DNA of 60,499 bases from Clostridia bacterium (GTDB taxonomy: Bacteria; Bacillota; Clostridia; Christensenellales; Borkfalkiaceae): the NCBI GenBank assembly GCA_029061155.1, contig JAIDSQ010000151.1, positions 1 to 60,499 on the forward strand, given 5' to 3'. The notes below the pieces were generated by a model that saw only the letters and a list, made by a program, of their open reading frames with translations, ran no database searches and was not told the DNA's origin. The translations under genes and the position numbers were made by a program. Position 1 is the stretch's first letter; every line of letters starts with the position of its first letter. This document shows, one piece after another, positions 1-9,483 of this stretch.

Positions 1-75
1 TTTATCGCCCTTTAAAAACAGCTTTCCGCCTTCTCTTCTGCAAAGACGGCATTTTGCTTCTCTGTAAGTTGCCAT
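1..75 (-). CDS. rpsD: 30S ribosomal protein S4, first 25 codons only (gene runs off the left edge)
   Basis: Reverse complement reads MATYREAKCRLCRREGGKLFLKGDK, the conserved S4 N-terminus. It lies downstream of S13-S11 as in alpha operons. Confidence 0.8.
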   Translation of the reverse strand, partial: MATYREAKCRLCRREGGKLFLKGDK

Positions 76-93
76 ATTCTTTTCTACCTCCTA

Positions 94-498
94 CTATACT
101 CTACGACGCTTGGGCGGTCTGCAACCGTTGTGGGGAATGGGGGAAACGTCGGAAATGAGTGTAATTTCCACGTCGCACGCGCCTATAGCCCTTATAGCCG
201 ACTCTCTGCCTGCGCCGGGTCCTTTTACGTAAACTTCTACACTGCGGAGGCCGTGTTCTTTTGCAGCCTTTACCGCTGTTTCTGTTGCCATCTGCGCTGC
301 AAACGGCGTGCCCTTTCTCGAACCCTTGAAGTTAAGGCTGCCCGCGCTCGACCAGGATATTACGTTACCGTTTAAATCGGTTACCGTTACGAGCGTATTG
401 TTGAAAGTGGACTGAATATGAACCTGTCCTCTGTCTACCTTTTTAAGCTCTCTGCGCTTTCTTGAAACGGTCTGCTTCTTGTTATTATTCGATGCCAT
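94..498 (-). CDS. rpsK: 30S ribosomal protein S11
   Basis: 134-aa ORF with [11 protein letters not shown] and [12 protein letters not shown] motifs; follows S13. Confidence 0.95.
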   Translation of the reverse strand: MASNNNKKQTVSRKRRELKKVDRGQVHIQSTFNNTLVTVTDLNGNVISWSSAGSLNFKGSRKGTPFAAQMATETAVKAAKEHGLRSVEVYVKGPGAGRESAIRAIGACDVEITLISDVSPIPHNGCRPPKRRRV

Positions 499-509
499 AC
501 CTTACCTCC

Positions 510-884
510 TTACTTTGCGCCCTTCTTCTTGGCTACCGTGCGGCGCGGACCTTTTCTCGTCCTCGCGTTGGTTTTCGTGGACTGTCCGCGGACGGGCAAG
601 CCCTTTCTGTGACGGATACCGCGATAGCATCCGATTTCCATAAGTCTTTTGATGTTAAGCGAAACTTCGCTGCGAAGTTCGCCTTCGACCCTGTAATTGT
701 GGTCGATATATTCTCTCAGTTTTGAAACGGTCGTTTCGTCAAGATCCTTAACTCTCGTATCGGGATTGATGCCTGTTGCGGCAAGAATTTTCTGCGACGT
801 TTTAAGACCGATACCGTAAATGTAGGTGAGTCCTATCTCAATCCTCTTTTCTCTGGGTAAATCTACACCGGCAATACGTGCCAT
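510..884 (-). CDS. rpsM: 30S ribosomal protein S13
   Basis: 124-aa ORF starting [14 protein letters not shown] with a basic C-terminal tail; operon context. Confidence 0.95.
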   Translation of the reverse strand: MARIAGVDLPREKRIEIGLTYIYGIGLKTSQKILAATGINPDTRVKDLDETTVSKLREYIDHNYRVEGELRSEVSLNIKRLMEIGCYRGIRHRKGLPVRGQSTKTNARTRKGPRRTVAKKKGAK

Positions 885-1011
885 ACGATTTATTTCCTCC
901 GTTAAAATTTTAAAGTGTATTTTTGTATGTCAACCAATCGGCGCATTCGCCTGAAAATTCGGAATGAGGCGAAACACGCAGACGGAATTGTTTTTAATGT
1001 TGTAAGACAAC

Positions 1012-1235
1012 GTTAAATATACTACGTATGTTAAATGCCTTCGGCGTTAAATGCGCTGACGCGCGTTAAATGTGCCTACTGCACGTTTAGGTAAAAGTAA
1101 TCGAAATAATTATACCTCAACATTCCGCGTTAGCGGAATATTTAACGTGAACTAAGTAAACATTTAACATTTGCGGCAACAAATATTTAACGCTTGCATA
1201 GCAAGCATTTAACATTCGCACAGCGAATATTTAGC
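1012..1235. repeat. Array of about 9 short hairpins separated by GTTAAAT (left half) and its complement ATTTAAC (right half)
   Basis: GTTAAAT at 1012, 1030, 1046 and 1065, with degenerate GTTTAGG at 1085. ATTTAAC at 1140, 1162, 1185 and 1207, with degenerate ATTTAGC at 1229. All but one of the units between them are 9-18 nt palindromes, e.g. gccttcggc, gcgctgacgcgc, gcttgcatagcaagc, attcgcacagcgaat. Confidence 0.85.
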
Positions 1236-1347
1236 CCTGTCTTTGTTTATGACTCTTGTTCTTTGAACAGATAATCATTACTTTTCCGTTTCTTTTAATA
1301 ACTTTGCATTTATCGCACATAGGCTTTACTGAAGGTCTGACTTTCAT
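1231..1347 (-). CDS. rpmJ: 50S ribosomal protein L36 (zinc-binding form)
   Basis: 38-aa ORF below the track cutoff: [38 protein letters not shown]. Confidence 0.93.
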   Translation of the reverse strand: MKVRPSVKPMCDKCKVIKRNGKVMIICSKNKSHKQRQG

Positions 1348-1389
1348 TTTGAAATCCTCTCAATTTTAAAGTGATATGTTAAGTAATGC

Positions 1390-1495
1390 GGAGATACAAG
1401 CAGAGCAAGGCGCGCGAGTATTCGCGAAAGAGCGTACAAAGAAGTACGTGACTGAGCGAACACGGAGCGCAACACAGCTATGCGCCGTATATACG
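1390..1495. repeat. Copy A of a ~105-nt intergenic repeat (infA-rpmJ spacer)
   Basis: By-eye alignment with 3595-3702 and 9484-9588, sharing blocks GGAGATAC.AGCAG, CAAGGCGCGCGAGTATTCGCGAA, GCGTACA.AGAAGTACGT.ACTGAGC, CGCAAC and ATGCG.CG.ATATACG. Confidence 0.85.
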
Positions 1496-1503
1496 CGTTA
1501 CGG

Positions 1504-1725
1504 TTAGTTCTTACTGCGCCAAACGATACGCCCTTTAGTTAAGTCATACGGGCTCATTTCAAGCTTGACGTTGTCACCTTCTATAATTCTGATATAGTTC
1601 ATGCGGAGCTTACCCGAAATATAGGCGGTTATAACGTAACCGTTGGACAGTTTGACTTTGAAGTTTGCGTTGGGCAGACATTCAATGACTTTGCCTTCCG
1701 CTTCGATAACGTCGTTTTTAGACAT
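1504..1725 (-). CDS. infA: Translation initiation factor IF-1
   Basis: [26 protein letters not shown]...KGRIVWR, an S1-like IF-1. Start moved to the internal Met of the 80-aa track ORF. Confidence 0.93.
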   Translation of the reverse strand: MSKNDVIEAEGKVIECLPNANFKVKLSNGYVITAYISGKLRMNYIRIIEGDNVKLEMSPYDLTKGRIVWRSKN

Positions 1726-1843
1726 AAAACCTCTGAATATGTTCACGAATTTCTTTTCTTTGAAAACAAATGCCGTGAGTTGTTTTAGTCGTAAATCGGA
1801 TTAAAGATTGAAATGAATTCAATCTTGCCGATTTTCGGCATTA

Positions 1844-2155
1844 TTATTGAGAAACTTGCTTTTCTTCCGACTGCTCGGGCTGAGGGTTATTATAGGGTTT
1901 GAGTGCGGAATATATTTCCGTGTCAAACACCTGTCTGCCGTCTGCGAACTTTGCGGAAATAATTTCCGCTTTGTCGGGCAAAAGCCGCAAGTGCTTTAAA
2001 TTTTTTTTCTTGGGCGAGGCAAGTTTTCTGAAGTTGCCGTCAACAACCCCCACCGTGCCGTCCTCAAAAATTTTTCTTATAATGTAATATCTGTCCTTGT
2101 CTCTGCCTTGAGTGCTCTGGCAAATTCCGCCGATGACAGGTATTTTAACTTTCAT
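1844..2155 (-). CDS. Small KOW-domain RNA-binding protein
   Basis: MKVKIPVIGGICQSTQGRDKDRYYII... resembles the small conserved gene found between map and infA in Firmicutes. Start chosen at MKVKIP. Confidence 0.6.
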   Translation of the reverse strand: MKVKIPVIGGICQSTQGRDKDRYYIIRKIFEDGTVGVVDGNFRKLASPKKKNLKHLRLLPDKAEIISAKFADGRQVFDTEIYSALKPYNNPQPEQSEEKQVSQ

Positions 2156-2190
2156 ATATTCTCCATTCACGCATTTTTTAAATGCTGCGA

Positions 2191-2937
2191 TTATAGAGTT
2201 AAAATCTCTACTCCGTCCTCTTTTATAAGCACGGTGTTTTCGTAGTGAGCCGAAGGTTTGCCGTCCGCCGTCGTGACCGTCCAGCCATCCGAACTGCTGA
2301 AATTGACTTTGTACGTGCCCATATTAATCATTGGTTCTATACAAATCGTCATTCCCGCTTTAAGGCGCATTCCCGTGCCCTTCCTTCCGCAGTTGGGAAC
2401 GGACGGGTCTTCGTGCATAGAACTTCCTATTCCGTGACCTGTAAGCGCCCTGACTACACCGTAGCCGTTAGCCTCGGCATGAGTCTGAACTTTGTATCCG
2501 ATATCGTAGAGGGGAGTGCCCGCCTGTAAACCTTCGATTGCTTTAAAGAAACATTCTTCGGTTACTTTGACAAGCCTTCTCTTTTCTTCGGAAACGTTGC
2601 CGATAAGAAAAGTTCTGCACGCATCGCCGTGGTATCCGTTCTTTTCCGCAGTGATATCCACGCTTACTATATCGCCGTCGACGATTACTCTGTTGGACGG
2701 AATACCGTGAACCACCACTTCGTTTACGGAAACGCACGAACTTGCAGGATAGCCCTCGTAGCCTAACTCGGAAGGATACGCGCCGCAGGAAGTTATATAT
2801 CTGTAAACGAGTTCGTCCACGTCCTTAGTGGTCATTCCCGCACGGATATTCTTACCTACGAACTCCAGCGTTTCCTTGACGATGCGGCAGCTTTCGCGCA
2901 TATATTCTATTTGCTGTTCGTTTTTGATTGTAATCAT
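2191..2937 (-). CDS. map: Type I methionine aminopeptidase
   Basis: 248 aa with the HGIP, DITA..NGYHGD, TGHGIG and ICIEPM metal-ligand blocks. Confidence 0.93.
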   Translation of the reverse strand: MITIKNEQQIEYMRESCRIVKETLEFVGKNIRAGMTTKDVDELVYRYITSCGAYPSELGYEGYPASSCVSVNEVVVHGIPSNRVIVDGDIVSVDITAEKNGYHGDACRTFLIGNVSEEKRRLVKVTEECFFKAIEGLQAGTPLYDIGYKVQTHAEANGYGVVRALTGHGIGSSMHEDPSVPNCGRKGTGMRLKAGMTICIEPMINMGTYKVNFSSSDGWTVTTADGKPSAHYENTVLIKEDGVEILTL

Positions 2938-3557
2938 TTATCAAGAACTTCGCAAACGGCTTTAAACACCTCGTCGGGATTTTTATCCCCACACACTACG
3001 GTAACCAGTTTGCCCTTGGCTTTGTAATAGTCAATGAGTGGCGCGGTATTTTTTTCGTACGTGTCAAGTCTCGTCTTAACCGTCTGAGGATTGTCGTCCG
3101 GACGAACGGTCAGTTCCTTACCGCATTTTGCGCAGGTCGTAGAGCCGTTAAGTGTCGAAACGTGATAACTTTCTCCGCACGAGCATACTCTTCTTCCGCA
3201 TATTCTGTCCATAATGAGCGAAGGGTCAACTTCGAGATTAAGACACAAATCTATGTCGGCAAAGCCGGAAAGAACTTCCGCCTGATACTGACTGCGGGGG
3301 AACCCGTCGAGGAGGTAACCGTTTTTCACGTCGCTCCAGGTAAGTCTGTCTTTGACGATTTCGCAGGTAACGGAATCGGGAACGAGCTCGCCTGCGTCCA
3401 TATAGGATTTAGCAAGCTTGCCTATTTCCGTTCCGCCCTTGATGTTAGCGCGGAATATATCGCCCGTGGAAATATGGACAATGCCGTATTTTTGAGCTAT
3501 TCTTGTCGCCTGTGTACCTTTGCCTGCGCCCGGAGCGCCGAGTAATATTATTTTCAT
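2934..3557 (-). CDS. adk: Adenylate kinase (zinc-lid form)
   Basis: P-loop GAPGAGKGTQ; lid C-x-C...C-x2-C (CSCGESYH...CAKCGKE). 4-nt overlap with map. Confidence 0.95.
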   Translation of the reverse strand: MKIILLGAPGAGKGTQATRIAQKYGIVHISTGDIFRANIKGGTEIGKLAKSYMDAGELVPDSVTCEIVKDRLTWSDVKNGYLLDGFPRSQYQAEVLSGFADIDLCLNLEVDPSLIMDRICGRRVCSCGESYHVSTLNGSTTCAKCGKELTVRPDDNPQTVKTRLDTYEKNTAPLIDYYKAKGKLVTVVCGDKNPDEVFKAVCEVLDK

Positions 3558-3594
3558 GTTATATCCTTGTTAAAGTTCGGTATAACTAAAATTC

Positions 3595-3702
3595 GGAGAT
3601 GCTAGCAGGTCAAGGCGCGTGCGGATTTGGCGAAGGCGCGTACACAGAAGTACGTAACTGAGCCAAAACGTAAACGCAACGATGAGATGCGACGCATATA
3701 CG
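3595..3702. repeat. Copy B of the ~105-nt intergenic repeat (secY-adk spacer)
   Basis: Aligns with copies A and C, with small indels relative to them. Confidence 0.8.
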
Positions 3703-3712
3703 GATTTTGCTT

Positions 3713-5086
3713 TTATTTAAGGAAACCCTTATAGTTCTTCATCATCAACTGAGACTCAAGCTGCTTATCAAGTTCCATAGCAACGGAAACTACGATGAGG
3801 ATACCCGTTGTAGAGAACACCGAGAGAAGAGCCGTATCCGTAGCTCCGAGAAGGCTGACTGCGATAAGCGACAGAAGTGACGGGATAAGTGCAACCAACG
3901 TAAGATAGATAGCGCCAAACAGAGTAATTCTGTTGGAAATCTTCTTTAAGTAGTCGGCTGTGGGTCTGCCCGGACGGATACCCTGAATGAAACCGCCGTT
4001 CTGCTGAATTGTCTTGGAAACGTCCTCGGGGTTGAACTGCATCGACTGATAGAAGAATGCAAATCCGAAGATGAGAAGACACAGCGTAAGCATATATATA
4101 AGCTGTCCGTACCAGAAGGGCGACGAGCCTGAGAACCAGTTCGTTATATTCGTTGCCGCCGTGGAATTGGGCCAGAACAAGCTTATTATCATCTGAGGGA
4201 AGGAAATGAGCGCGAACGCAAAGATAAGAGGCATAACGCCTGCGCCCGATATCTTCATGGGGATATTGGACGACTGTCCGCCGTACATTCTTCTGCCCTT
4301 GACTTGTTTAGCGTACTGGACGGGTATTCTCCTTTCCGACAAGTCGATTGCAACAATCGCCGTGAATTCGAGCACCGTTAAAATAGCAAAGCCTAAAAGC
4401 TCCCACAGAACAGCGGGATTAGCGCTATTTTCGCCGATACCGAATACCTGACCGAACTTGCCCACAATCGTAAGACCTGCGGTGGAGATGATACCTATGA
4501 AGATTATCATGGATATACCGTTGGAAACGCCGTACTCGGTAATTCTTTCGCCTATCCACATAACGAGCATGGAACCCGCGGTATAAACTACCGTTAGGAA
4601 TATACCGATAATCCAGTTTGCGCCTTCCTTGCTTACGCCGAGCGCAACGAACAGTCCGGTTTTGAAGGAACCGCTCTGCACGCCGAAGTTAACAACGATA
4701 CCGACAGCCTGCGCAATTGCAAGCAGTATGGTTACGTAACGGGTTATCTGCGCGATTTTCTTTCTGCCCTCTTCGCCCTCTTTGGAAAGGCGTTCAAGCG
4801 CGGGAATACCCACGGTTAACAGCTGAATGATAATCGACGCGTTAATGTAGGGGCTTATACCGAGCGCGAACAGCGTGGCATTTGCCAGCGAACCGCCCGT
4901 TATATCCGAAAGTATTTCAAGGAAGGAGTAGTTTCCGCTGGTGATATAATCGCTGAACGTGGAAACGGTAATTCCCGGCACAGGGATATAGCAACCGAGC
5001 CTGAATATAAGAAGAAGTAAAAGGGTTATCCAGATCTTCTTTCTTATCTCCTTGACCTTAAAACAATTTTTTATTGTTTCAAACAT
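3713..5086 (-). CDS. secY: Preprotein translocase subunit SecY
   Basis: 457-aa polytopic membrane protein, LGISPYINASIIIQLL motif, position between rplO and adk. Confidence 0.95.
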   Translation of the reverse strand: MFETIKNCFKVKEIRKKIWITLLLLLIFRLGCYIPVPGITVSTFSDYITSGNYSFLEILSDITGGSLANATLFALGISPYINASIIIQLLTVGIPALERLSKEGEEGRKKIAQITRYVTILLAIAQAVGIVVNFGVQSGSFKTGLFVALGVSKEGANWIIGIFLTVVYTAGSMLVMWIGERITEYGVSNGISMIIFIGIISTAGLTIVGKFGQVFGIGENSANPAVLWELLGFAILTVLEFTAIVAIDLSERRIPVQYAKQVKGRRMYGGQSSNIPMKISGAGVMPLIFAFALISFPQMIISLFWPNSTAATNITNWFSGSSPFWYGQLIYMLTLCLLIFGFAFFYQSMQFNPEDVSKTIQQNGGFIQGIRPGRPTADYLKKISNRITLFGAIYLTLVALIPSLLSLIAVSLLGATDTALLSVFSTTGILIVVSVAMELDKQLESQLMMKNYKGFLK

Positions 5087-5118
5087 TTTGTGACCTCTGA
5101 ATGTTTTCTTGCGAAAAC

Positions 5119-5143
5119 GTTAAATGCTCAAAGAGTATTTAAC
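5119..5143. repeat. Single GTTAAAT-N11-ATTTAAC stem-loop in the rplO-secY spacer
   Basis: gttaaatgctcaaagagtatttaac, built on the same heptamer pair as the 1012-1235 array. Confidence 0.7.
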
Positions 5144-5160
5144 AGCGTTTACTTAACCGA

Positions 5161-5610
5161 TTACTCAGTTACTTCCACTTTTCCGCCGGCTTTTTCAATT
5201 GCAGCTTTAGCTGTTTCCGAGAACTTAACTGCCTTTACGGTAAGGGCAACTTTAAGTTCGCCTGCGCCGAGCACTTTAAGTCCTGCGGAGTTTTTAACTT
5301 CTTTTGCAAGGTTGTTTGCAGCTACGTAATCGAAGTCTACAACAGTACCCTTGGGAAGTTTTTCAAGCTGGCTTAAATTGATAATCGTATAGTTTTTTGC
5401 CCACTTATTGTGGAAACCGCGCTTAGGTACGCGTCTTGCTATGGGCATCTGACCGCCTTCAAAGCCGGGACGTACGCCGCCGCCCGAACGCGCCCACTGT
5501 CCTTTATGTCCCTTACACGACGTCTTGCCGTGACCGGAACCTATACCTCTGCCTAACCTTTTTACGCGGGAGGTCGAGCCCTCTGCGGGCGATAAAGTAT
5601 CTATTCTCAT
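5161..5610 (-). CDS. rplO: 50S ribosomal protein L15
   Basis: 149 aa, Gly/Arg-rich N-terminus GRGIGSGHGKTS.KGHKGQ. Confidence 0.95.
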   Translation of the reverse strand: MRIDTLSPAEGSTSRVKRLGRGIGSGHGKTSCKGHKGQWARSGGGVRPGFEGGQMPIARRVPKRGFHNKWAKNYTIINLSQLEKLPKGTVVDFDYVAANNLAKEVKNSAGLKVLGAGELKVALTVKAVKFSETAKAAIEKAGGKVEVTE

Positions 5611-5616
5611 AATTAC

Positions 5617-5796
5617 TTATTCTCCTACCTTTTCTGCTTTGAGAAGGTAACCAACCTTTTTGATCTGTCCCATCACTGCGGGGGTTTCTTCAAAGGTTTT
5701 TGTACTTCCTATTTTTCTAAGTCCCAACGCCTGAACGGTAGCTTTTACCGTCTTGGTTTCGTTGGAAACGCTTTTAACTAACGTTACCTTTATCAT
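5617..5796 (-). CDS. rpmD: 50S ribosomal protein L30
   Basis: 59-aa ORF below the track cutoff: MIKVTLVKSVSNETKTVKATVQALGLRKIGSTKTFEETPAVMGQIKKVGYLLKAEKVGE. Confidence 0.9.
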   Translation of the reverse strand: MIKVTLVKSVSNETKTVKATVQALGLRKIGSTKTFEETPAVMGQIKKVGYLLKAEKVGE

Positions 5797-5807
5797 AACT
5801 ACCTCCG

Positions 5808-6338
5808 TTAAAGTGACAATTCTTCCACATCAATTCCGCGCGCCTTAGCAACGTCCTCGGGGGACATAAGCTCGAACAAGCCGCAAACGGCTGCCTTGAC
5901 GCAGTTGATGGGGTTGGACGTGCCGTGGGATTTGGTTCTTACGTCCTTAACTCCTGCGGCCTCCATAACGGCACGGACGGGACCGCCCGCGATAACGCCG
6001 GTACCTTCGGCTGCGGGCATCATAAGTACGGAGCCTCTGCCGAACACGCCTAATACGTTGTGGGGAATGGAAGTACCTTTCAGGCTAACCTTGCGCATAC
6101 TCTTTTTAGCCTGCGCGGTTGCTTTTTCTATTGCCTCGGGGACTTCTTTGCTCTTGCCCATTCCGTAGCCTACAGAGCCGTTTCCGTCGCCTACGACTAC
6201 AAGCGCCGCAAAACGCATATTTCTACCGCCTTTAACGGTCTTGGAAACTCTGTTTACCTGAATGAGCTTTTTGATTAAGCCGTCGTCCTCCTGCCTTCTT
6301 ACGTTTCTTCTTGCAGGTCTTTCTTTCTTTTCTTCCAT
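5808..6338 (-). CDS. rpsE: 30S ribosomal protein S5
   Basis: 176 aa, [12 protein letters not shown] and [11 protein letters not shown] motifs. Confidence 0.95.
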   Translation of the reverse strand: MEEKKERPARRNVRRQEDDGLIKKLIQVNRVSKTVKGGRNMRFAALVVVGDGNGSVGYGMGKSKEVPEAIEKATAQAKKSMRKVSLKGTSIPHNVLGVFGRGSVLMMPAAEGTGVIAGGPVRAVMEAAGVKDVRTKSHGTSNPINCVKAAVCGLFELMSPEDVAKARGIDVEELSL

Positions 6339-6348
6339 AATAAGCTCC

Positions 6349-6735
6349 TTAGAAATTAAGTCCGGCTTCTCTTGCGCCGTCTGCTACAGCCTGAACACGA
6401 CCCGTGTAAAGATAACCGCCTCTGTCAAACACAGCCTCTTTAATACCCTTGGCGAGCGCCTTTTCTGCGGCAGCTTTGCCTACTACCTTGGCAGCCTCGG
6501 TCTTGGTCATATCCTTAATTTGCGCCTTGACTTCCTTTTCCATGGTGGAAGCCGAACAAACCGTTACGCCCTTATCGTCGTCGATAAGCTGTACGTAAAT
6601 GTGGTTAAGACTCCTGTATACGCTGATACGGGGAGCTTCGGCAGTGCCTGAAACCTTTCTCACGCCGTTAACCTTTTTTCTTACTCTGGCGTGACGGCGC
6701 TGTCTTTCCTTGTTTTTATCAATTTTATTAATCAT
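6349..6735 (-). CDS. rplR: 50S ribosomal protein L18
   Basis: 128 aa, [10 protein letters not shown]-terminus and FDRGGY.Y.GRV C-terminus. Confidence 0.93.
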   Translation of the reverse strand: MINKIDKNKERQRRHARVRKKVNGVRKVSGTAEAPRISVYRSLNHIYVQLIDDDKGVTVCSASTMEKEVKAQIKDMTKTEAAKVVGKAAAEKALAKGIKEAVFDRGGYLYTGRVQAVADGAREAGLNF

Positions 6736-6796
6736 AATTTTACCTCAAGCAATTAACCGCAATTGCGGTATATCCTTCGCGTACCTTGTACGGAAA

Positions 6797-7345
6797 TTAT
6801 TTCTTGCCCTTGCCTCCCGTCTTGCCTTCCTTGCGCTCAATCACTTCATCGCTGTACGCAATGCCGTAACCGTGGTAAGGTTCGGGAGTTCTGAGTTTAC
6901 GAATGTTGGCAGCCGTCTGTCCTACGAGAGTCTTATCAATGCCCGAAACAACAATTTCGGTAACCGAAGGACATTCAAGCTTAACGCCTGCGGGCTCAAC
7001 AAAGTCTACGGGGTGTGAAAAACCGATGTTCAGAACAACTTTGTTGCCCTGTTTTGCGACCTTCCAGCCGACGCCGTTTACTTTCAAAGTCTTTTTATAG
7101 CCGTCCGTAACGCCAACTACCATATTGTGAAGGAGCGCGCGGTACAGTCCGTGCTTTGCGTTGGTATCGGCAGCGTTGCCCGTCGTTAAAACGTGAGCCT
7201 CCGCGCCTTCTACCTTAATATCGATTTCGCCTACAACTTTCTGAGTAAGCGTACCCTTAGCGCCTTTGACCGTCAAAAGTCCGTTCTCGAACGTTACGGT
7301 CACTCCTGCGGGGATTGCAACGGGTAATTTACCTATTCTTGACAT
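6797..7345 (-). CDS. rplF: 50S ribosomal protein L6
   Basis: 182 aa, MSRIGK.P...P.GV start, PEPYHGYGI near the C-terminus. Confidence 0.95.
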   Translation of the reverse strand: MSRIGKLPVAIPAGVTVTFENGLLTVKGAKGTLTQKVVGEIDIKVEGAEAHVLTTGNAADTNAKHGLYRALLHNMVVGVTDGYKKTLKVNGVGWKVAKQGNKVVLNIGFSHPVDFVEPAGVKLECPSVTEIVVSGIDKTLVGQTAANIRKLRTPEPYHGYGIAYSDEVIERKEGKTGGKGKK

Positions 7346-7360
7346 ACTTAAATTACCTCC

Positions 7361-7753
7361 TTACCAGATATAGCAAAGCACTTCGCCGCCAACGTTAGCC
7401 GCCTTTGCCTGCTTATCCGTCATTATTCCTTTATTCGTGGAAAGAACGGCAATACCCAGTCCGTTTAAAACCTTGGGCATGGTATCAACCGCCGCATAGG
7501 CGCGAAGTCCGGGCTTGGAAACTCTCTTGAGTCCGTTGATAACCGAACGTCCCTTTCCTACATATTTAAGGGTGAGAACAAGCTTACCGTTATAACCGTC
7601 TTCAACAAGCTTAACGTCGGAAACGTAACCTTCTTTAAGCATTATATCGGCGATAGCTTTCTTCATATTGGATGAAGGGATCTCAACCGTGTCTTTGTTA
7701 ACCATAATCGCATTCCTGATGCGAGTGAGCATATCTGCTATAGGATCTGTCAT
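7361..7753 (-). CDS. rpsH: 30S ribosomal protein S8
   Basis: 130 aa, [15 protein letters not shown] start, GGEVLCYIW end. Confidence 0.95.
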   Translation of the reverse strand: MTDPIADMLTRIRNAIMVNKDTVEIPSSNMKKAIADIMLKEGYVSDVKLVEDGYNGKLVLTLKYVGKGRSVINGLKRVSKPGLRAYAAVDTMPKVLNGLGIAVLSTNKGIMTDKQAKAANVGGEVLCYIW

Positions 7754-7771
7754 AACTTAATTACCTCTCTC

Positions 7772-7957
7772 TTACCAACTCGATTTTCTGACGCCGGGAA
7801 TTTGTCCCTTGTAAGCAAGGTTTCTGAAACAGATACGGCAAACTCCGTACTTTCTGAGAACCGCGTGGGGTCTTCCGCAGATGGAACATCTCGTATATGC
7901 TCTCGTGGAGTATTTAGCAGGTTTCTGCTGCTTATTAATCATTGCTTTCTTTGCCAT
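7772..7957 (-). CDS. rpsN: 30S ribosomal protein S14, short type Z (zinc-binding)
   Basis: 61 aa with CSICGRP...CRIC. Confidence 0.93.
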   Translation of the reverse strand: MAKKAMINKQQKPAKYSTRAYTRCSICGRPHAVLRKYGVCRICFRNLAYKGQIPGVRKSSW

Positions 7958-7968
7958 AATCTTTCTCC

Positions 7969-8523
7969 TTACTTCTTAAAGGGCATACCCATAGCCCTTA
8001 AAAGCTCTCTGGCTTCTTCATCCGTCTTAGCGGTGGTAACGAAGCAGATATCCATACCTCTTATCTTCTCAACCTGGTCGTACTGGATTTCGGGGAAGAT
8101 AAGCTGTTCTTTAATACCCATACAGTAGTTGCCCTTTCCGTCGAAACTGTTGGAGGGAACGCCTCTGAAGTCGCGCACGCGGGGAAGTGCAATGGATACG
8201 AACTTATCATAGAAATCATACATCATCTTGCCGCGGAGAGTAACTTTAAGACCGATTGTCATTCCTTCACGAACCTTGAAGTTCGCAACAGACTTTTTAG
8301 CCTTGCAGGTTACGGGCTGCTGACCTGTGATTTGCTTGAGTTCGTTCTGCGCCATCTGAATGGATTTTGCGTTGTCCTTTATATCGCCGAGTCCCGTGCT
8401 TATTACGATTTTAACAAGCTTGGGAACCTGCATAGGATTCTTATAATTGAATTTCTTGATGAGTGCGGGAACAACTTCTTTTTCGTAATTTTCAACAACT
8501 CTCGTCTTATATTCCTTAGCCAT
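7969..8523 (-). CDS. rplE: 50S ribosomal protein L5
   Basis: 184 aa; spc operon position between L24 and S14; FRG.P..SFDG.GNY motif. Confidence 0.95.
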   Translation of the reverse strand: MAKEYKTRVVENYEKEVVPALIKKFNYKNPMQVPKLVKIVISTGLGDIKDNAKSIQMAQNELKQITGQQPVTCKAKKSVANFKVREGMTIGLKVTLRGKMMYDFYDKFVSIALPRVRDFRGVPSNSFDGKGNYCMGIKEQLIFPEIQYDQVEKIRGMDICFVTTAKTDEEARELLRAMGMPFKK

Positions 8524-8534
8524 GTTGTTCCTCC

Positions 8535-8954
8535 TTACTCTGCCTTATCGGGCGTCTCGGCGGCGTCCTCTTTCTTGGCACGCTTTCTGACACGCTTTTT
8601 AGGCTCTTCCTTCTTAGCGGTCTTGCCTGCCTTGCCTGCGTAAGCCTTATCAAGCACTGCGCCGCACTTTGCGCATACTCTGTGCTTAACTTCGCCTTCC
8701 ACATTGTACTTCACGCGGATTGCTTTTGAGCACGAAGGGCAGATAACCATTACGTTGGACGCGTCCAAAGGAGCCTCAATTTCAGCTATCTTGGAAACTT
8801 CGTTTGCCTTTCTTGCCTTCTGCGATTTCTTGTGAATGTTTACACCTTCTACAGTTACCGTTCCGTTCTTGGGAGACGTTGCAATTACCTTGCCCTGCTT
8901 GCCCGCATACTTACCGGTGATAACCAAAACATTATCATTCAATTTTACGTTCAT
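8535..8954 (-). CDS. rplX: 50S ribosomal protein L24, with four Cys at the beta-hairpin turns and a Lys-rich C-terminal tail
   Basis: 139 aa with a KOW N-terminus ([15 protein letters not shown]). ICPSCSK...VCAKCG replaces the usual Cys-free hairpins, and a ~36-aa K/A/E tail follows. Confidence 0.9.
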   Translation of the reverse strand: MNVKLNDNVLVITGKYAGKQGKVIATSPKNGTVTVEGVNIHKKSQKARKANEVSKIAEIEAPLDASNVMVICPSCSKAIRVKYNVEGEVKHRVCAKCGAVLDKAYAGKAGKTAKKEEPKKRVRKRAKKEDAAETPDKAE

Positions 8955-8967
8955 AGCTTATCTCCTA

Positions 8968-9336
8968 TTAAAGAACTTCGGGTGCGAGAGATATTATCTT
9001 CATATAGTTCTTCTCTCTGAGTTCTCTTGCAATCGGTCCAAAGATACGCGTTCCGCGGGGTTCCTGATTGTTACCGATTATTACTGCGGCGTTGTCATCG
9101 AATCTGATGTACGTGCCGTCGTCGCGTCTGATGCCTTTTGATGTACGCACGATTACCGCTTTTACTACTTCGCCTTTCTTAACGGCGCCGCCGGGGTTAG
9201 CCGTCTTGACGGAGCATACGATAACGTCGCCGATGTTCGCGGTCTTTCTGAACGAACCGCCGAGCACCTTAATACACATAAGCTCTTTTGCACCGCTGTT
9301 GTCTGCGGCCTTGAGCCTTGTCTGAGGTTGTATCAT
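8968..9336 (-). CDS. rplN: 50S ribosomal protein L14
   Basis: 122 aa, MIQ.QT.L..ADNSGAK start. Confidence 0.95.
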   Translation of the reverse strand: MIQPQTRLKAADNSGAKELMCIKVLGGSFRKTANIGDVIVCSVKTANPGGAVKKGEVVKAVIVRTSKGIRRDDGTYIRFDDNAAVIIGNNQEPRGTRIFGPIARELREKNYMKIISLAPEVL

Positions 9337-9483
9337 AAATTTACTCCTTTAAATTTGAACTTACAACATTGTTCGCAGAGGATTGCGCCGTACCCACATA
9401 AGCGAGGGGAGTATCCCGCTCTCCATTGGGCGCAGGAACACAATCGTGCCTATCCATATTTCTTGCTGTTTTACAGAAACTTT

